Assembly: GCA_964431415.1 (NCBI GenBank)
Contig: CAYSJS010000002.1
Coordinates: 3,055-67,054 of the forward strand
Length of the DNA stretch: 64,000 nt
Source of the DNA: an uncultured Candidatus Saccharibacteria bacterium
GTDB lineage: Bacteria > Patescibacteriota > Saccharimonadia > Saccharimonadales > JACDBH01
Direction of reading: 5' to 3'
Position numbers and translations under genes: made by a program. Under the pieces are notes generated by a model. It was given only the letters and a program-made list of their open reading frames with translations. It did not search any database and was not told the origin of the DNA. Below, in pieces: positions 28,080-37,950 of this stretch. Each line of letters starts with the position of its first letter. Within the stretch, counting starts at the first letter, position 1.

Positions 28080-29516
28080 TTACAGTCCGAGCCGAGTTTT
28101 TATGATGTTTTGAACTACCTGAGGATTGGCTTTGCCCTGGCTGGCTTTCATTACCTGCCCAATCAAGAAGCCAATTGCCTTCATCTCGCCGTTTTTTACG
28201 TCATTCACCGCAGCCGGTTGCTCACTAAGCACTTTTTGCACAATTTCATCCAGTGCGGATTCGTCCGATTCCTGGATTAGATTTTTTTCTGCCGCTATAG
28301 CTTCCGGATCCTCATTGGTTTTAAGCATCTCTCCGAGCACTTCCTTGGCAGCCGTTGAGCTCAGTTTATTATCGGAAACAAGCTGCGAAAGTTTTACAAG
28401 TTTATCATCGGAAACGCTTACCGGATTTTCTGACGCTTCGGCCACATCGGCCGCTTCTTCTACCTTCTGCACCATCCAGAAAGCTACTCTTTTTGCATGT
28501 TCCGCTCCGTTTGCCGACAAAATGCGTGCCACAAGCTCAGTGGTTGCGGGCACATTAACTATGTCTTCGATTACCTTTTTATCTATGCCAAGACCGCTAA
28601 AAAGTGCACGGTAATCATCTGGCATGAGCGGCATAGCTTTTTTGATTTCCTCGACGTATTCTTCACTAAGCTCCACAGGAGGCAGGTCCGGATCCGGGAA
28701 ATAGCGATAATCGTGCGCATCTTCTTTGGTGCGCTGCGAAAAAGTCTTTTGCTTGGCATCGTTCCAGCCGCGCGTTTCCTGGACGATCTTTTCGCCGCTT
28801 TCAAGCAGCTCTATTTGTCGTTTAACCTCGTACTCGACCGCTTTTTCTATGCTCCGGAAGGAATTGAGGTTTTTTGTTTCAGTACGCGTCCCCAGTACAT
28901 TCGGGTCTGTGCTGACGCTCACGTTTACATCAAAGCGCATATTGCCGTGGTACAGATCGACATCACTAACGCCCGCATATTTCATAAGAAGATACAGCTC
29001 GTGGGCATACGCTTTGGCTTCGGCGGCAGTATGCATATCCGGTTCACTTACTATTTCGAGCAATGGCGTGCCAGCTCGGTTCAAGTCAACAATGCTATAC
29101 CCGCCCCCGCTCGGATGACTCGACTTACCAGCGTCTGCCTCTAGATGCGCCCGCGTAATACCAATGCGTTTTACGGCACCATCCACCGTAATCTCTACGT
29201 AACCGCCTAGCACAATCGGCTGCTCATACTGTGTAATCTGATACCCGAGCGGTAAGTCAGGATAAAAATAGTGCTTGCGGTCAAATTTACTAAACAGCTG
29301 CGGCGTTGTGTGAAGTGCAAAGGCTGCCCGAGAAGCCAGCTCAACCGCCTTTTCGTTTAATACCGGCAATGCGCCGGGCATTCCAAAACAAATATGAGAT
29401 ATAAGTGTATTTGGTTCGGCAAAACGCGCATCATTGTCTACTCCGGCAAAAAGCTTTGTTTTTGTTTTTAGCTGCACATGGCACTCAATACCAATCGTTA
29501 CAAGGTAGTCTTTCAT
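28080..29516 (-). CDS. gatB: Asp/Glu-tRNA(Asn/Gln) amidotransferase subunit B
   Basis: 478 aa with MKDYLVTIGIECHVQL, NLNSFRSIEKAVEYE and a C-terminal YqeY-like domain. Confidence 0.95.
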   Translation of the reverse strand: MKDYLVTIGIECHVQLKTKTKLFAGVDNDARFAEPNTLISHICFGMPGALPVLNEKAVELASRAAFALHTTPQLFSKFDRKHYFYPDLPLGYQITQYEQPIVLGGYVEITVDGAVKRIGITRAHLEADAGKSSHPSGGGYSIVDLNRAGTPLLEIVSEPDMHTAAEAKAYAHELYLLMKYAGVSDVDLYHGNMRFDVNVSVSTDPNVLGTRTETKNLNSFRSIEKAVEYEVKRQIELLESGEKIVQETRGWNDAKQKTFSQRTKEDAHDYRYFPDPDLPPVELSEEYVEEIKKAMPLMPDDYRALFSGLGIDKKVIEDIVNVPATTELVARILSANGAEHAKRVAFWMVQKVEEAADVAEASENPVSVSDDKLVKLSQLVSDNKLSSTAAKEVLGEMLKTNEDPEAIAAEKNLIQESDESALDEIVQKVLSEQPAAVNDVKNGEMKAIGFLIGQVMKASQGKANPQVVQNIIKTRLGL

Positions 29517-29920
29517 AACGCCCCCAGATCTTTGAGTGCTTGGCCTATGCCGATCAGCGCATGTTTAATGTCGTTTTCTCTCAGCGCAACATCGGTTTGA
29601 TGCACCAGCTGGTTGCGTAGTTTATGTCCAAACCAGACGCCATCATTGTTAGTAAGAGACCGTTGTGCCGAAACGAGTCTTTCGCCCATAGTCTTACCTT
29701 TGAAGTGCTTCTTTTTTAGAGCCTCGTCAAGCAAACTGTCTGCTTCTATAACGGCAAGGGCCCAGGTTTCAGTTTTTGCACATTTCTTCTGAAGCTCACG
29801 CCACTTTGTCCGAAAATGCTGTTTGTCCAGCTCTTTTTTTGGACGACGAACAAAAAAAGTCACCAGTCCCATCAGGGCAATAGCCGCACCAATAACCGCA
29901 ATCAGTAGCTCTGCACTCAT
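29513..29920 (-). CDS. Membrane-anchored hypothetical protein (135 aa) with an RNxxxH (HEPN-like) motif, embedded in gatCAB
   Basis: The ORF exactly fills the gatA-gatB gap, with ATGA overlaps at both ends (29513-29516 and 29917-29920). It has an N-terminal TM (LLIAVIGAAIALMGLVTFFV) and then a ~100-aa helical domain containing GHKLRNQLVHQTD. Confidence 0.55.
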   Translation of the reverse strand: MSAELLIAVIGAAIALMGLVTFFVRRPKKELDKQHFRTKWRELQKKCAKTETWALAVIEADSLLDEALKKKHFKGKTMGERLVSAQRSLTNNDGVWFGHKLRNQLVHQTDVALRENDIKHALIGIGQALKDLGAL

Positions 29921-31341
29921 ACGAGCAACTCCTCGCAGGCCGCTGCGACCCCCAGAAGCTTTCTGTCATCCTGCTGCGGTGCCATCAGCTGCAAACCAAC
30001 CGGCAAGTTATTGCTTAAGCCGGCGGGTATGCTAATAGAGGGAATCCCCACCAAGTTGGCTGCAACCGTCATGATATCTATAAGGTACATTTTAAGCGGA
30101 TCTGCTACATTTTCGCCGATTTTGAATGCGGTCGACGGCGCTGTTGGTCCAATAAGAAAATCGACACCTTCAAATGCTTGAGTAAATTCATGTATTAGTT
30201 TGGTGCGTACAGTCTGGGCTTTGTTGTAGTAAGCGTCATAATAACCCGAGCTCAGTACGTGCGTGCCGATCATAATTCGACGCTTAGCTTCTCTGCCAAA
30301 GCCATACTCACGGCTCAGCTCGTAACTTTCGTCCAGATCCGCAGCTTCAGGGTCACTGTATCCATAACGCTGGCCGTCATAGCGGCTCAGGTTACTGCTC
30401 ACCTCGGCCGGACACACGATGTAGTACACGGCAAGCGCCAGAGGCAGCGAAGGCAAACTAACCTCTACCACTTCGGCTCCCGCCTGCTTTATACGCTCTA
30501 CGGCAGCCTCTATGCAGATGCGCACATCATCGTCCAAACCTTCACCCATGTACTCTTTAATGAGGCCAATTTTTTTACCCTTGAGATCTAGTGAGTAGTC
30601 CGTATATGCCGCTTTGTCGCGTTCGATAGTGGTGCTATCGAGTGGATCCGTACCGCTCATAACGTCCAGTACCAATGCAGCATCCTGCACATTTGTCGTA
30701 AGCGGGCCGATACAATCTAGGCTGCTCGCCATAGCAACAACGCCGCTCCGAGAAACCAACCCATATGTCGGTTTTAGGCCGATGCAGCCACTAAAGCTAG
30801 CCGGCAAACGAATTGAACCGCCCGTGTCGCTCCCAAGCGCAAAAGGCGCCAAACCAAGCACAACGGCCGCTCCCGACCCGCCTGAGCTTCCGCCCGGTAC
30901 TCGAGACTCATCATGCGGGTTCAAGGTAGTAAAAAAGTCGCTATTTTCAGTCGAAGAACCGTGTGCAAACGCATCCAGATTTGCTTTGGCGACACAAATA
31001 GCGCCCTCTTTTTCGAGCAACGCAACTGCCGTCGCCTGATACGGCGCACGAAAGCCTTTTAATATGTTGCTGGCTGCGGTAGTTTCGGAATCAAAAGTTA
31101 AAAAGTTATCTTTGACAATAAACGGCACTCCGGCCAGTCGACCGGCAGATTCACCTCGCTGCACCGCCTCATCGATCGCCTTGGCTCTTTCGCGGGACCG
31201 GTTTTCGATAACCGAGATAATTGCATTGAATTCTTTCTTGTCTTCGATAGCCTTTAGGGCTTGTTCAACGTTTTGCAGTGCCGTCACTTTTCCGGCGTTC
31301 ACGGATGCGGCAATTTCTGAAATAGGCGGCCAGCTCGACAT
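29917..31341 (-). CDS. gatA: Asp/Glu-tRNA(Asn/Gln) amidotransferase subunit A
   Basis: 474 aa with the amidase signature GGSSGGSGAAV...GSDTGGSIRLPASF. Confidence 0.95.
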   Translation of the reverse strand: MSSWPPISEIAASVNAGKVTALQNVEQALKAIEDKKEFNAIISVIENRSRERAKAIDEAVQRGESAGRLAGVPFIVKDNFLTFDSETTAASNILKGFRAPYQATAVALLEKEGAICVAKANLDAFAHGSSTENSDFFTTLNPHDESRVPGGSSGGSGAAVVLGLAPFALGSDTGGSIRLPASFSGCIGLKPTYGLVSRSGVVAMASSLDCIGPLTTNVQDAALVLDVMSGTDPLDSTTIERDKAAYTDYSLDLKGKKIGLIKEYMGEGLDDDVRICIEAAVERIKQAGAEVVEVSLPSLPLALAVYYIVCPAEVSSNLSRYDGQRYGYSDPEAADLDESYELSREYGFGREAKRRIMIGTHVLSSGYYDAYYNKAQTVRTKLIHEFTQAFEGVDFLIGPTAPSTAFKIGENVADPLKMYLIDIMTVAANLVGIPSISIPAGLSNNLPVGLQLMAPQQDDRKLLGVAAACEELLV

Positions 31342-31342
31342 A

Positions 31343-31636
31343 TTAGGCTATCATCCTTTTCGTCTTTATATAGTCGCCCTGACGCGCTGGTAGGTTTTTA
31401 AGTAAATCGGCAGGCGTAGCTTCGTAGTCAATAAGCTCGTCTTTGCGCATCACGTTCTTTAGACCAGTAACCTGGTATGTTGGCTTTAATCCTTTAGTAT
31501 CTACAGACTCCAGCATCTCAACATACTCAAGAATTGCCGAAAGTTCCTTCTGAAATGCCTCAACCTCTTCGTCGGTAAGTTTCAGACGAGAGAGACGAGC
31601 CAATTTAATCACATCCTGTCGAGATAGGTCAGCCAT
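31343..31636 (-). CDS. gatC: Asp/Glu-tRNA(Asn/Gln) amidotransferase subunit C
   Basis: MADLSRQDVIKLARLSRLKLTDEEVEAFQKELSAILEYVEML is a typical GatC. I prefer ATG 31636 over the track GTG 31645. TATAGT (31644-31649, minus) lies 7 nt upstream. Confidence 0.88.
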   Translation of the reverse strand: MADLSRQDVIKLARLSRLKLTDEEVEAFQKELSAILEYVEMLESVDTKGLKPTYQVTGLKNVMRKDELIDYEATPADLLKNLPARQGDYIKTKRMIA

Positions 31637-31701
31637 CGCTACCACTATAGCACCGTTTTAACAGATATGGTAGAGCAAAACCGCGCCCAGCGGGGATAAA
31701 A

Positions 31702-33669
31702 TTATAGTTTACTTTTCACGTCGACAATTATGTCACGCAGTTCGGCCGCTTTTTCAAATTCCAGGTTAGCACTTGCCAAATCCATTTGTGCAGTGAGGTC
31801 TTTAATCAGGTTCTTGTATTCATCTTTAGGTATTTTCTTGAGGTTCAGTTTAGCAGTTTTGGCGTCTTCCGGAAGTTCCGGGCGCATACCTTTTTCTATC
31901 GACTTACGTATTCCGGTTGGCGTTATACCATGGTCTTCGTTGAACTTCTGCTGTATGACGCGGCGATGATTCGTAACATCCAATGTGCGCTGCATGCTCC
32001 CTGTCACAGTATCCGCATACATGATCACCCGGCCTTCCACATGCCGTGCAGCCCGTCCCACGGTTTGAATAAGCGCCTGCTCACTACGCAAAAAGCCTTC
32101 TTTGTCCGCATCCAATATGGCCACCAGCGACACTTCCGGAAGGTCGAGTCCCTCGCGCAGCAGGTTAATGCCCACTACAACGTCATACACCCCGAGCCTC
32201 AGATCACGCAGGATATCGGTTCGATCCAAGGTGTCAACATCACTATGCAAATACGCGACCTTTATGCCCAGCTCTTTTAAGTATTCTGTCAAATCTTCGC
32301 TCATGCGTTTTGTAAGCGTGGTAACCAGCACACGCTGCCGTTTTGCAACCGTTTCGCGTATTTCGTGAATCAAATCGTCTACCTGTCCGTCGACCGGTCG
32401 TATTTCTATCGGCGGGTCAAGCAGCCCTGTCGGACGAATCACCTGTTCGACCGGTTTTGGACTGCGACTCAGCTCGTACTCTGCCGGGGTAGCACTCACA
32501 TAAATCACTTTGTTTACATGCTTTTCAAACTCCATAAACGTCAAAGGGCGGTTATCGAGCGCGCTCGGCAAACGGAACCCATGCTCAACCAGTACCTCTT
32601 TTCTGGCTCGGTCGCCATTATACATACCGCGAATCTGAGGAATGGTCATATGCGACTCATCTATAAACATCAAAAAGTCATCTGGGAAGTAGTCAAGCAA
32701 AGTGGCCGGCTGCTCGCCCGGTTCACGGTTAGTTAGGTACCGACTGTAGTTTTCAATACCTTTTACAAAACCGGTCTCTTCCAGCATTTCTAAATCAAAA
32801 TTAGTCCGCTGCTTTAGCCGCTGTGCTTCCAGTAATTTATTCTGTTTTTCGAACTCACCAACACGGTCATCAAGCTCCTGCTTGATATGTACCAGTGCTT
32901 CTTTCAGCTTATCGTACGGAGTAACATAGTGGCTGCCTGGAAATATTTGTAACGATTCCAGCTCCGTCAGTATTTCACCTGTCAACGGGTCGATTTTGGT
33001 TATACGGTCTACGTCATCCCCAAAAAACTCTATCCTGTACGCAAACTCATCGCTCGCCGGATACACATCGATCACATCTCCCCGAACTCGAAAGGTTGAG
33101 CGATGAAAGTCAATATCGTTACGAGCGTACTGAATATCCGTCAGATGACGGATAAACTTATCGCGCTGTTTTCGCTCACCGCGAATCACGGTGATACTCA
33201 AACCCTCATAATCTTCTACCGAACCAATGCCGTATATGCAGCTTACACTGGCAACAATAATTGTATCCCGACGCTGCAACAGCGAATCGGTAGCAGCGTG
33301 CCTGAGCCTGTCTATTTCTTCATTTATTTGGCTATCTTTTTCAATGTAGGTATCACTTCGCGGTATATATGCTTCGGGCTGGTAGTAGTCAAAGTAGCTT
33401 ACAAAATAATGTACGGCATTGTCCGGAAAAAACTGTTTAAACTCGTTATAAAGTTGGGCGGCAAGAGTTTTGTTATGGCTTAGGATCAGTGTCGGCTTCT
33501 GAGCATTCTGAATGATATTGGCCATCGTAAAAGTCTTACCCGATCCGGTAACGCCAAGCAGCGTCTGCTCTTTTAGATCTTTGTGTAGTCCCTCGCTAAG
33601 TGCAGCAATAGCCGCCGGCTGGTCGCCTTGCGGTCGATAATCACTTTTTATACGAAACTTTTGCTGCAT
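31702..33669 (-). CDS. uvrB: Excinuclease ABC subunit B
   Basis: 655 aa with [10 protein letters not shown], helicase motifs, and a C-terminal UVR domain ([13 protein letters not shown]). The SD AGGAGG lies 4 nt upstream. Confidence 0.97.
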   Translation of the reverse strand: MQQKFRIKSDYRPQGDQPAAIAALSEGLHKDLKEQTLLGVTGSGKTFTMANIIQNAQKPTLILSHNKTLAAQLYNEFKQFFPDNAVHYFVSYFDYYQPEAYIPRSDTYIEKDSQINEEIDRLRHAATDSLLQRRDTIIVASVSCIYGIGSVEDYEGLSITVIRGERKQRDKFIRHLTDIQYARNDIDFHRSTFRVRGDVIDVYPASDEFAYRIEFFGDDVDRITKIDPLTGEILTELESLQIFPGSHYVTPYDKLKEALVHIKQELDDRVGEFEKQNKLLEAQRLKQRTNFDLEMLEETGFVKGIENYSRYLTNREPGEQPATLLDYFPDDFLMFIDESHMTIPQIRGMYNGDRARKEVLVEHGFRLPSALDNRPLTFMEFEKHVNKVIYVSATPAEYELSRSPKPVEQVIRPTGLLDPPIEIRPVDGQVDDLIHEIRETVAKRQRVLVTTLTKRMSEDLTEYLKELGIKVAYLHSDVDTLDRTDILRDLRLGVYDVVVGINLLREGLDLPEVSLVAILDADKEGFLRSEQALIQTVGRAARHVEGRVIMYADTVTGSMQRTLDVTNHRRVIQQKFNEDHGITPTGIRKSIEKGMRPELPEDAKTAKLNLKKIPKDEYKNLIKDLTAQMDLASANLEFEKAAELRDIIVDVKSKL

Positions 33670-33715
33670 ATGACCTCCTGATAAAACGAGCTATCATTAT
33701 ATTGTAGCAAAAATA

Positions 33716-33952
33716 TTAGTTTTCGGCAGGGGGCGTCAGAGTCTGATTAGGATTAGTATAGGACTTGCCATCGGCCAAGCAGCGCTCGGGGTAACTTTCG
33801 AGTACTGGGTTGCCTGCCGCCACACATGTTTCAAAAGAATCTACGACACGCACCTCTTCCTGCTCTCGGATAAACAGCGCCCATCCGAGCACACCCAAAA
33901 CTAAGACACCAGCCAAAACAAGCGCCAAGACTAGACGCTTGTCTTTAACCAT
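33716..33952 (-). CDS. Small exported/anchored protein (78 aa, 2 Cys)
   Basis: N-terminal signal/anchor (LVLALVLAGVLVLGVLGWALF) followed by a ~45-aa domain with two Cys. It overlaps the upstream LOG-like gene by 8 nt. Confidence 0.45.
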   Translation of the reverse strand: MVKDKRLVLALVLAGVLVLGVLGWALFIREQEEVRVVDSFETCVAAGNPVLESYPERCLADGKSYTNPNQTLTPPAEN

Positions 33953-34580
33953 TGCGCCCGTTCGCTTCTAGAAACCAGTGATCATCACGCAGTACTTCGG
34001 CTTTAATATCGCGCGACTCAATATCAAGTATCTTAATAATTTTATCGACCAATCTTTCCGGATCTTCGTCGTATACGACCAAATTTCTATGCTGCTGCTC
34101 GAGCATTTCCATAAGCTTCGGAATAACATCTGCCGCTCCGCCGCTACCCGTTAAGATGCCGCATGGCTTGCCGGCCTCTAATGCGGTAACGAATTCGTGC
34201 AGACTGCCGAACCTTCCGCCAACAGTAATAATTGCGTCGCTCGACTGAACGAGGTACTGGTCGCGTCCGACATAGTTCAGTCCGGTAAAGTTAATAAAGT
34301 CAAAATACACGTGTGGTAAACGGTACTTATGAAGGTGCTCGCGGATTGAAGAGGCAGGAGAAAATCCGATACTTACCCCGCCCGCCAGCTTAGCACCGCG
34401 CGCCGCAAAATAAGGCAGACCCACCGTTGCGCCGGTGGTTAATATATGTCCTCTCTTTGCAATTGTCGCGCCGATCGTTTCGGCAAGATGGCTGGATGAC
34501 TTTACTGTTTGTCCGCCGGCAGCACCCGATACGCAAATAGAATACTGAAGATGGTGGTTGTGGTCTGCGCGATTCGTCAT
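33945..34580 (-). CDS. LOG/SLOG-superfamily Rossmann protein (TIGR00725-like)
   Basis: 211 aa. ICVSGAAGG (N-terminal glycine-rich strand) and ITVGGRFGSLHEF resemble the LOG-family PGGxGTxxE motif. Confidence 0.65.
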   Translation of the reverse strand: MTNRADHNHHLQYSICVSGAAGGQTVKSSSHLAETIGATIAKRGHILTTGATVGLPYFAARGAKLAGGVSIGFSPASSIREHLHKYRLPHVYFDFINFTGLNYVGRDQYLVQSSDAIITVGGRFGSLHEFVTALEAGKPCGILTGSGGAADVIPKLMEMLEQQHRNLVVYDEDPERLVDKIIKILDIESRDIKAEVLRDDHWFLEANGRNG

Positions 34581-34582
34581 AG

Positions 34583-35815
34583 TTATAGCCTTTCCGGTGC
34601 AATCATATTGTTGTCTAGCTGGCTTAAAACCTGTGATGCAAGATTTGCTTGTCCCATATAACGTGCAAACAGTTCATTCCAGAGGCTCTCGCGCGCATGG
34701 AAGAAAAGACGCGCTTCAAAAGGTGCCGCCGTACAGTAAGACATACTGCAGTCAATCAAGTTAAAGCTAACAGGTAACTTACCGCTGAGCGACATAACAT
34801 AGTCGAGATCGCGCCAGAACTCCAGTGCAGGGTCAAGATCATATAAACACTCTTCTGCTTTCCGCCAATGTAAATCTTCCGGCTGAACATGCGGTTCAAA
34901 TATTTCCGGATGATCCTCGTGCGTCAGCTTTCCATAGTAGCGCTGGATTACTCGCCAGTGTACGTGCGAGCCGGCCATCACGGCGGCCTCTTTTAGATCG
35001 GCAACCAAGGTATCGGCAATTATCTTTCCAAAATGAGGCTTAACCTGCTGGAGTTTAAAGAACGCCGAATAGAGGCGAATCTCATTTGTATAGTGAAACA
35101 GCAGGGGTAGTGCCGTCAGCGTGATACCAGGCAAATGTTCAAGCCGCGTCGGCAGCATAAGAATCACGCCGAGCTCTTTCAGGTGCGTAATGTTATGTCG
35201 CTTTTTGCGTACGAACGCTTCAGCAATTTCGCCCCACCTTTCGCCCGACATCTGTACTATCTCAATCTTCCTGGTTTCAAAATCAGATGGCATAAGCGAC
35301 TTATAGGTTTTGTCAAACTTATTGAGCCATGCCGGCGTTTCAGCAAAACGGAGTGCGCCGTAGATTTCAAACAGATTTTCGCGCTTGAGCATAGAGTCCA
35401 CCGAAGCATAGCCAAGGTGCTTCATTATAGCCGGCGGCGGAGTGTCATGCAGCATTCGTTTTGCCACGCTTCGCTTCAATACCCATGCGGTACGCGGCAT
35501 GTCATATTCTTCTACGGCTTTCTTAATAAGAGGCAATAGCGTCTGAACATCTGCAGCGTCCTTGCCTCCGATCATACGAGCCAGGCGCTCATCGTCTTTT
35601 TTGACCCGGGCTATAAGAGCGTGATACAGCTCTTCGCCGGTAGTATCTTTCGGGTCTAGTCCAAGCTCGGCAGTTTTCACATGTACCCTGCCGATAATCT
35701 CGGCGATCAGCCGCACATCAGCGCCAGGCAGCCCGGCCGCGTCTTCAAGTTGTTTGATAGCCAGGGAAAACAGTGGCTCTTTTGCGCCCAATAAATCAAC
35801 AAGCAAATTCGACAT
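34583..35815 (-). CDS. Hypothetical protein (410 aa), first gene of the orf410/LOG-like/orf78 cassette
   Basis: Long ORF with no TM and no motif I recognise. Its stop lies 2 nt from the LOG-like gene start. Confidence 0.6.
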   Translation of the reverse strand: MSNLLVDLLGAKEPLFSLAIKQLEDAAGLPGADVRLIAEIIGRVHVKTAELGLDPKDTTGEELYHALIARVKKDDERLARMIGGKDAADVQTLLPLIKKAVEEYDMPRTAWVLKRSVAKRMLHDTPPPAIMKHLGYASVDSMLKRENLFEIYGALRFAETPAWLNKFDKTYKSLMPSDFETRKIEIVQMSGERWGEIAEAFVRKKRHNITHLKELGVILMLPTRLEHLPGITLTALPLLFHYTNEIRLYSAFFKLQQVKPHFGKIIADTLVADLKEAAVMAGSHVHWRVIQRYYGKLTHEDHPEIFEPHVQPEDLHWRKAEECLYDLDPALEFWRDLDYVMSLSGKLPVSFNLIDCSMSYCTAAPFEARLFFHARESLWNELFARYMGQANLASQVLSQLDNNMIAPERL

Positions 35816-35946
35816 AATCTAGCCATAAGCATAACACTTTTTCGGCCGCTCACCTAGCGCCTTTCAACGATCTATTGACTTAGGGTGTATTACATCTCCT
35901 GTCAATCGCACCCGAAAAAAGAGCCTCTTTTCGCCGATTCATTAAC

Positions 35947-36945
35947 TTACATCCGGGAGGGATGGTACCAGTCGGGAGCATTTTTTAGCAACGTCTCGAG
36001 CTGTGTTTCGGTCATTAACCCATCGTGTGGGCCAACATGCTGCACCACATTCATAGAATTGATCGGACCCCATTTTAAGGCATCTTCCAGCGACTTGCCC
36101 TTGATAATTGCTGCTACAAAGGTTGAAGAATAGGCGTCACCAGCGCCCGTCCTCTCTACCGGCGGCGCCGGATCAGGATATACCGGCATAAAGAAGCGAC
36201 CCTCTGGCCCGCTGGCATAGGAACCCTTTGGCCCATCTGTTATGACAATAAGTTTTGGCCCGAGCGCGTGTAGTTTGTCAAATAGATCATGCAGGTTTTC
36301 ATGATCGCCGCCGCCAACTTTAACCGCCTCTTCGCGGTTAAGCAGCAGCACGTTACAGCGCTGATACAGCTTTTTGAGACGCTTAGCGCCTTCTTCCATT
36401 TGAAAAGTGCCTGGCTGAAAGGCAAGTTTTACGTCCGGATTTTCCTCGAGCCATTCCGCAAGATCGTCATGAAAGGGCAAGCTATTCTTGCCAAGGCTGC
36501 TAAAGTAGACCCATTTCGGTATGTCGGTTTTATGAATATGCGGCCAGTGATAGTCATAATCTTGATGATGCACCAGAATCGTACGTTCTGCGCCGTAGGA
36601 CAATATATAGTTAAAGTTGCTCTTCTTGCCTGGATTAATATGAATATAGCGAGTGTCGACGCCGTTTTTTTGTAGCGCGAGAGTTATGTCGTGACCACGC
36701 GAATCATGTCCAACATTACTTACAATGCCGCTTGCCAGCCCCAGCCGTGCAAAACTGACACTGGCATTACCGGCATTACCATCACCTTCAACTACTTGAT
36801 CAGACTCAAAAGGCAGCTTGGCGCCAAACTGCATAGCCAGCCACTTGCCGTTTTCGTCTTCGTAGGTGCGCGCCTTGTCTTTTAGGAGCTTAATAAACGC
36901 ATCCGTGACGACGTCGCCGATACTCAACACATCAATATTACTCAT
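35947..36945 (-). CDS. PfkB-family carbohydrate/nucleoside kinase
   Basis: 332 aa with N-terminal LSIGDVVTD, a GG motif region, and the C-terminal PfkB signature ERTGAGDAYSSTF. Confidence 0.85.
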   Translation of the reverse strand: MSNIDVLSIGDVVTDAFIKLLKDKARTYEDENGKWLAMQFGAKLPFESDQVVEGDGNAGNASVSFARLGLASGIVSNVGHDSRGHDITLALQKNGVDTRYIHINPGKKSNFNYILSYGAERTILVHHQDYDYHWPHIHKTDIPKWVYFSSLGKNSLPFHDDLAEWLEENPDVKLAFQPGTFQMEEGAKRLKKLYQRCNVLLLNREEAVKVGGGDHENLHDLFDKLHALGPKLIVITDGPKGSYASGPEGRFFMPVYPDPAPPVERTGAGDAYSSTFVAAIIKGKSLEDALKWGPINSMNVVQHVGPHDGLMTETQLETLLKNAPDWYHPSRM

Positions 36946-37019
36946 CCACCACCTCTCTATTTGTTCTTATGCTTAAGTATACACCAGTGCCGAGTCCGAG
37001 ATACATTAAAAAAGCGAAA

Positions 37020-37937
37020 CTACTGCACTACTGCTTTTCCGGCAGCATTATAGTGGCTGATCTTTTCTTCGACCACCGCCTGAACCGCCTCAATCACTTT
37101 GTCCATAAGCTTGACGACGGCATATTCTTCCGGGTGCTCTTTAAGCTGCGCTTCAAGCGCGGTACGAAATGCAAAACGCATATCTGAATTGATGTTAATC
37201 TTTGAAACACCAATCTTTACCGCGTCTTCAAAGAAGTGGCCAGGAGTGTCGCTGCCACCATGCAGGGAAATATTGCAGCTAATCGCATCACGTATTTTTT
37301 GGAGCAACTCTAGGTCAAGCTGTTTAGGCACGGGATACTTGCCGTGCAGGTTCCCCACTGCCGCCGCAAATGTATCAATACCGGTCGCCTCTACGAACGC
37401 AGCTGCACCCTCCGGAGTACTGAAGGTCTTTTTTACTTCTTCGTAGTCTATGTTGGTCGTAAACACGTTTGAACCGCCGCCAAAGTAATGCGGCTCACTT
37501 TCGACAAGCGCACCCGTGGTACGACGCGCGTATGCAACTACTTCTTTGGTGGCTGCAATAATCTCTTCGTCGGTCGCATCGTGATTAGCCTGGCTGACAT
37601 CAATATGGATAAACTCAAACCCTGCGTCAATTCCCTTTTTAGCCGCTTCTACGCTTGGGCTATGGTCAAGGTTGATATACATTTCAATGCCATACTCAGC
37701 CTTGAAATTGTCCACCATACAGCGAACGTTTTTAAGACCAAGCGCATCGACTTCGCCCTGGCTCACTTCCACTATGACAGGCGCATTCAGTTTTTGGGCA
37801 GCACGGGCGATTGCCTTAAGAGTCTCCAAATTATCAATATTGAACGCGCCAATGGCATACCCGCCCTCACGCGCCCGCTGCATTGCTTTTCGCGCCTGCT
37901 GACAGCTGCTGAGATATTGCTCGTTCGTACCTGACAT
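37020..37937 (-). CDS. fba: Class II fructose/ketose-bisphosphate aldolase
   Basis: 305 aa with GYAIGAFNIDNLE, LDHS, ISLHGGSDTP and KININSD motifs. Confidence 0.9.
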   Translation of the reverse strand: MSGTNEQYLSSCQQARKAMQRAREGGYAIGAFNIDNLETLKAIARAAQKLNAPVIVEVSQGEVDALGLKNVRCMVDNFKAEYGIEMYINLDHSPSVEAAKKGIDAGFEFIHIDVSQANHDATDEEIIAATKEVVAYARRTTGALVESEPHYFGGGSNVFTTNIDYEEVKKTFSTPEGAAAFVEATGIDTFAAAVGNLHGKYPVPKQLDLELLQKIRDAISCNISLHGGSDTPGHFFEDAVKIGVSKININSDMRFAFRTALEAQLKEHPEEYAVVKLMDKVIEAVQAVVEEKISHYNAAGKAVVQ

Positions 37938-37950
37938 AGCCGTGCCTCCT

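Noticed and set aside
35911-35940. Hairpin CGAAAAGAG-gct-CTCTTTTTTCG downstream of the pfkB kinase gene, as an intrinsic terminator
   Set aside because: The stem is AU-rich, the loop is only 3 nt, and there is no separate U-tract after a GC-rich stem. It is too atypical to call. The nearby ATTGAC-N21-GTCAAT inverted repeat (35874-35906) is likewise unsupported.
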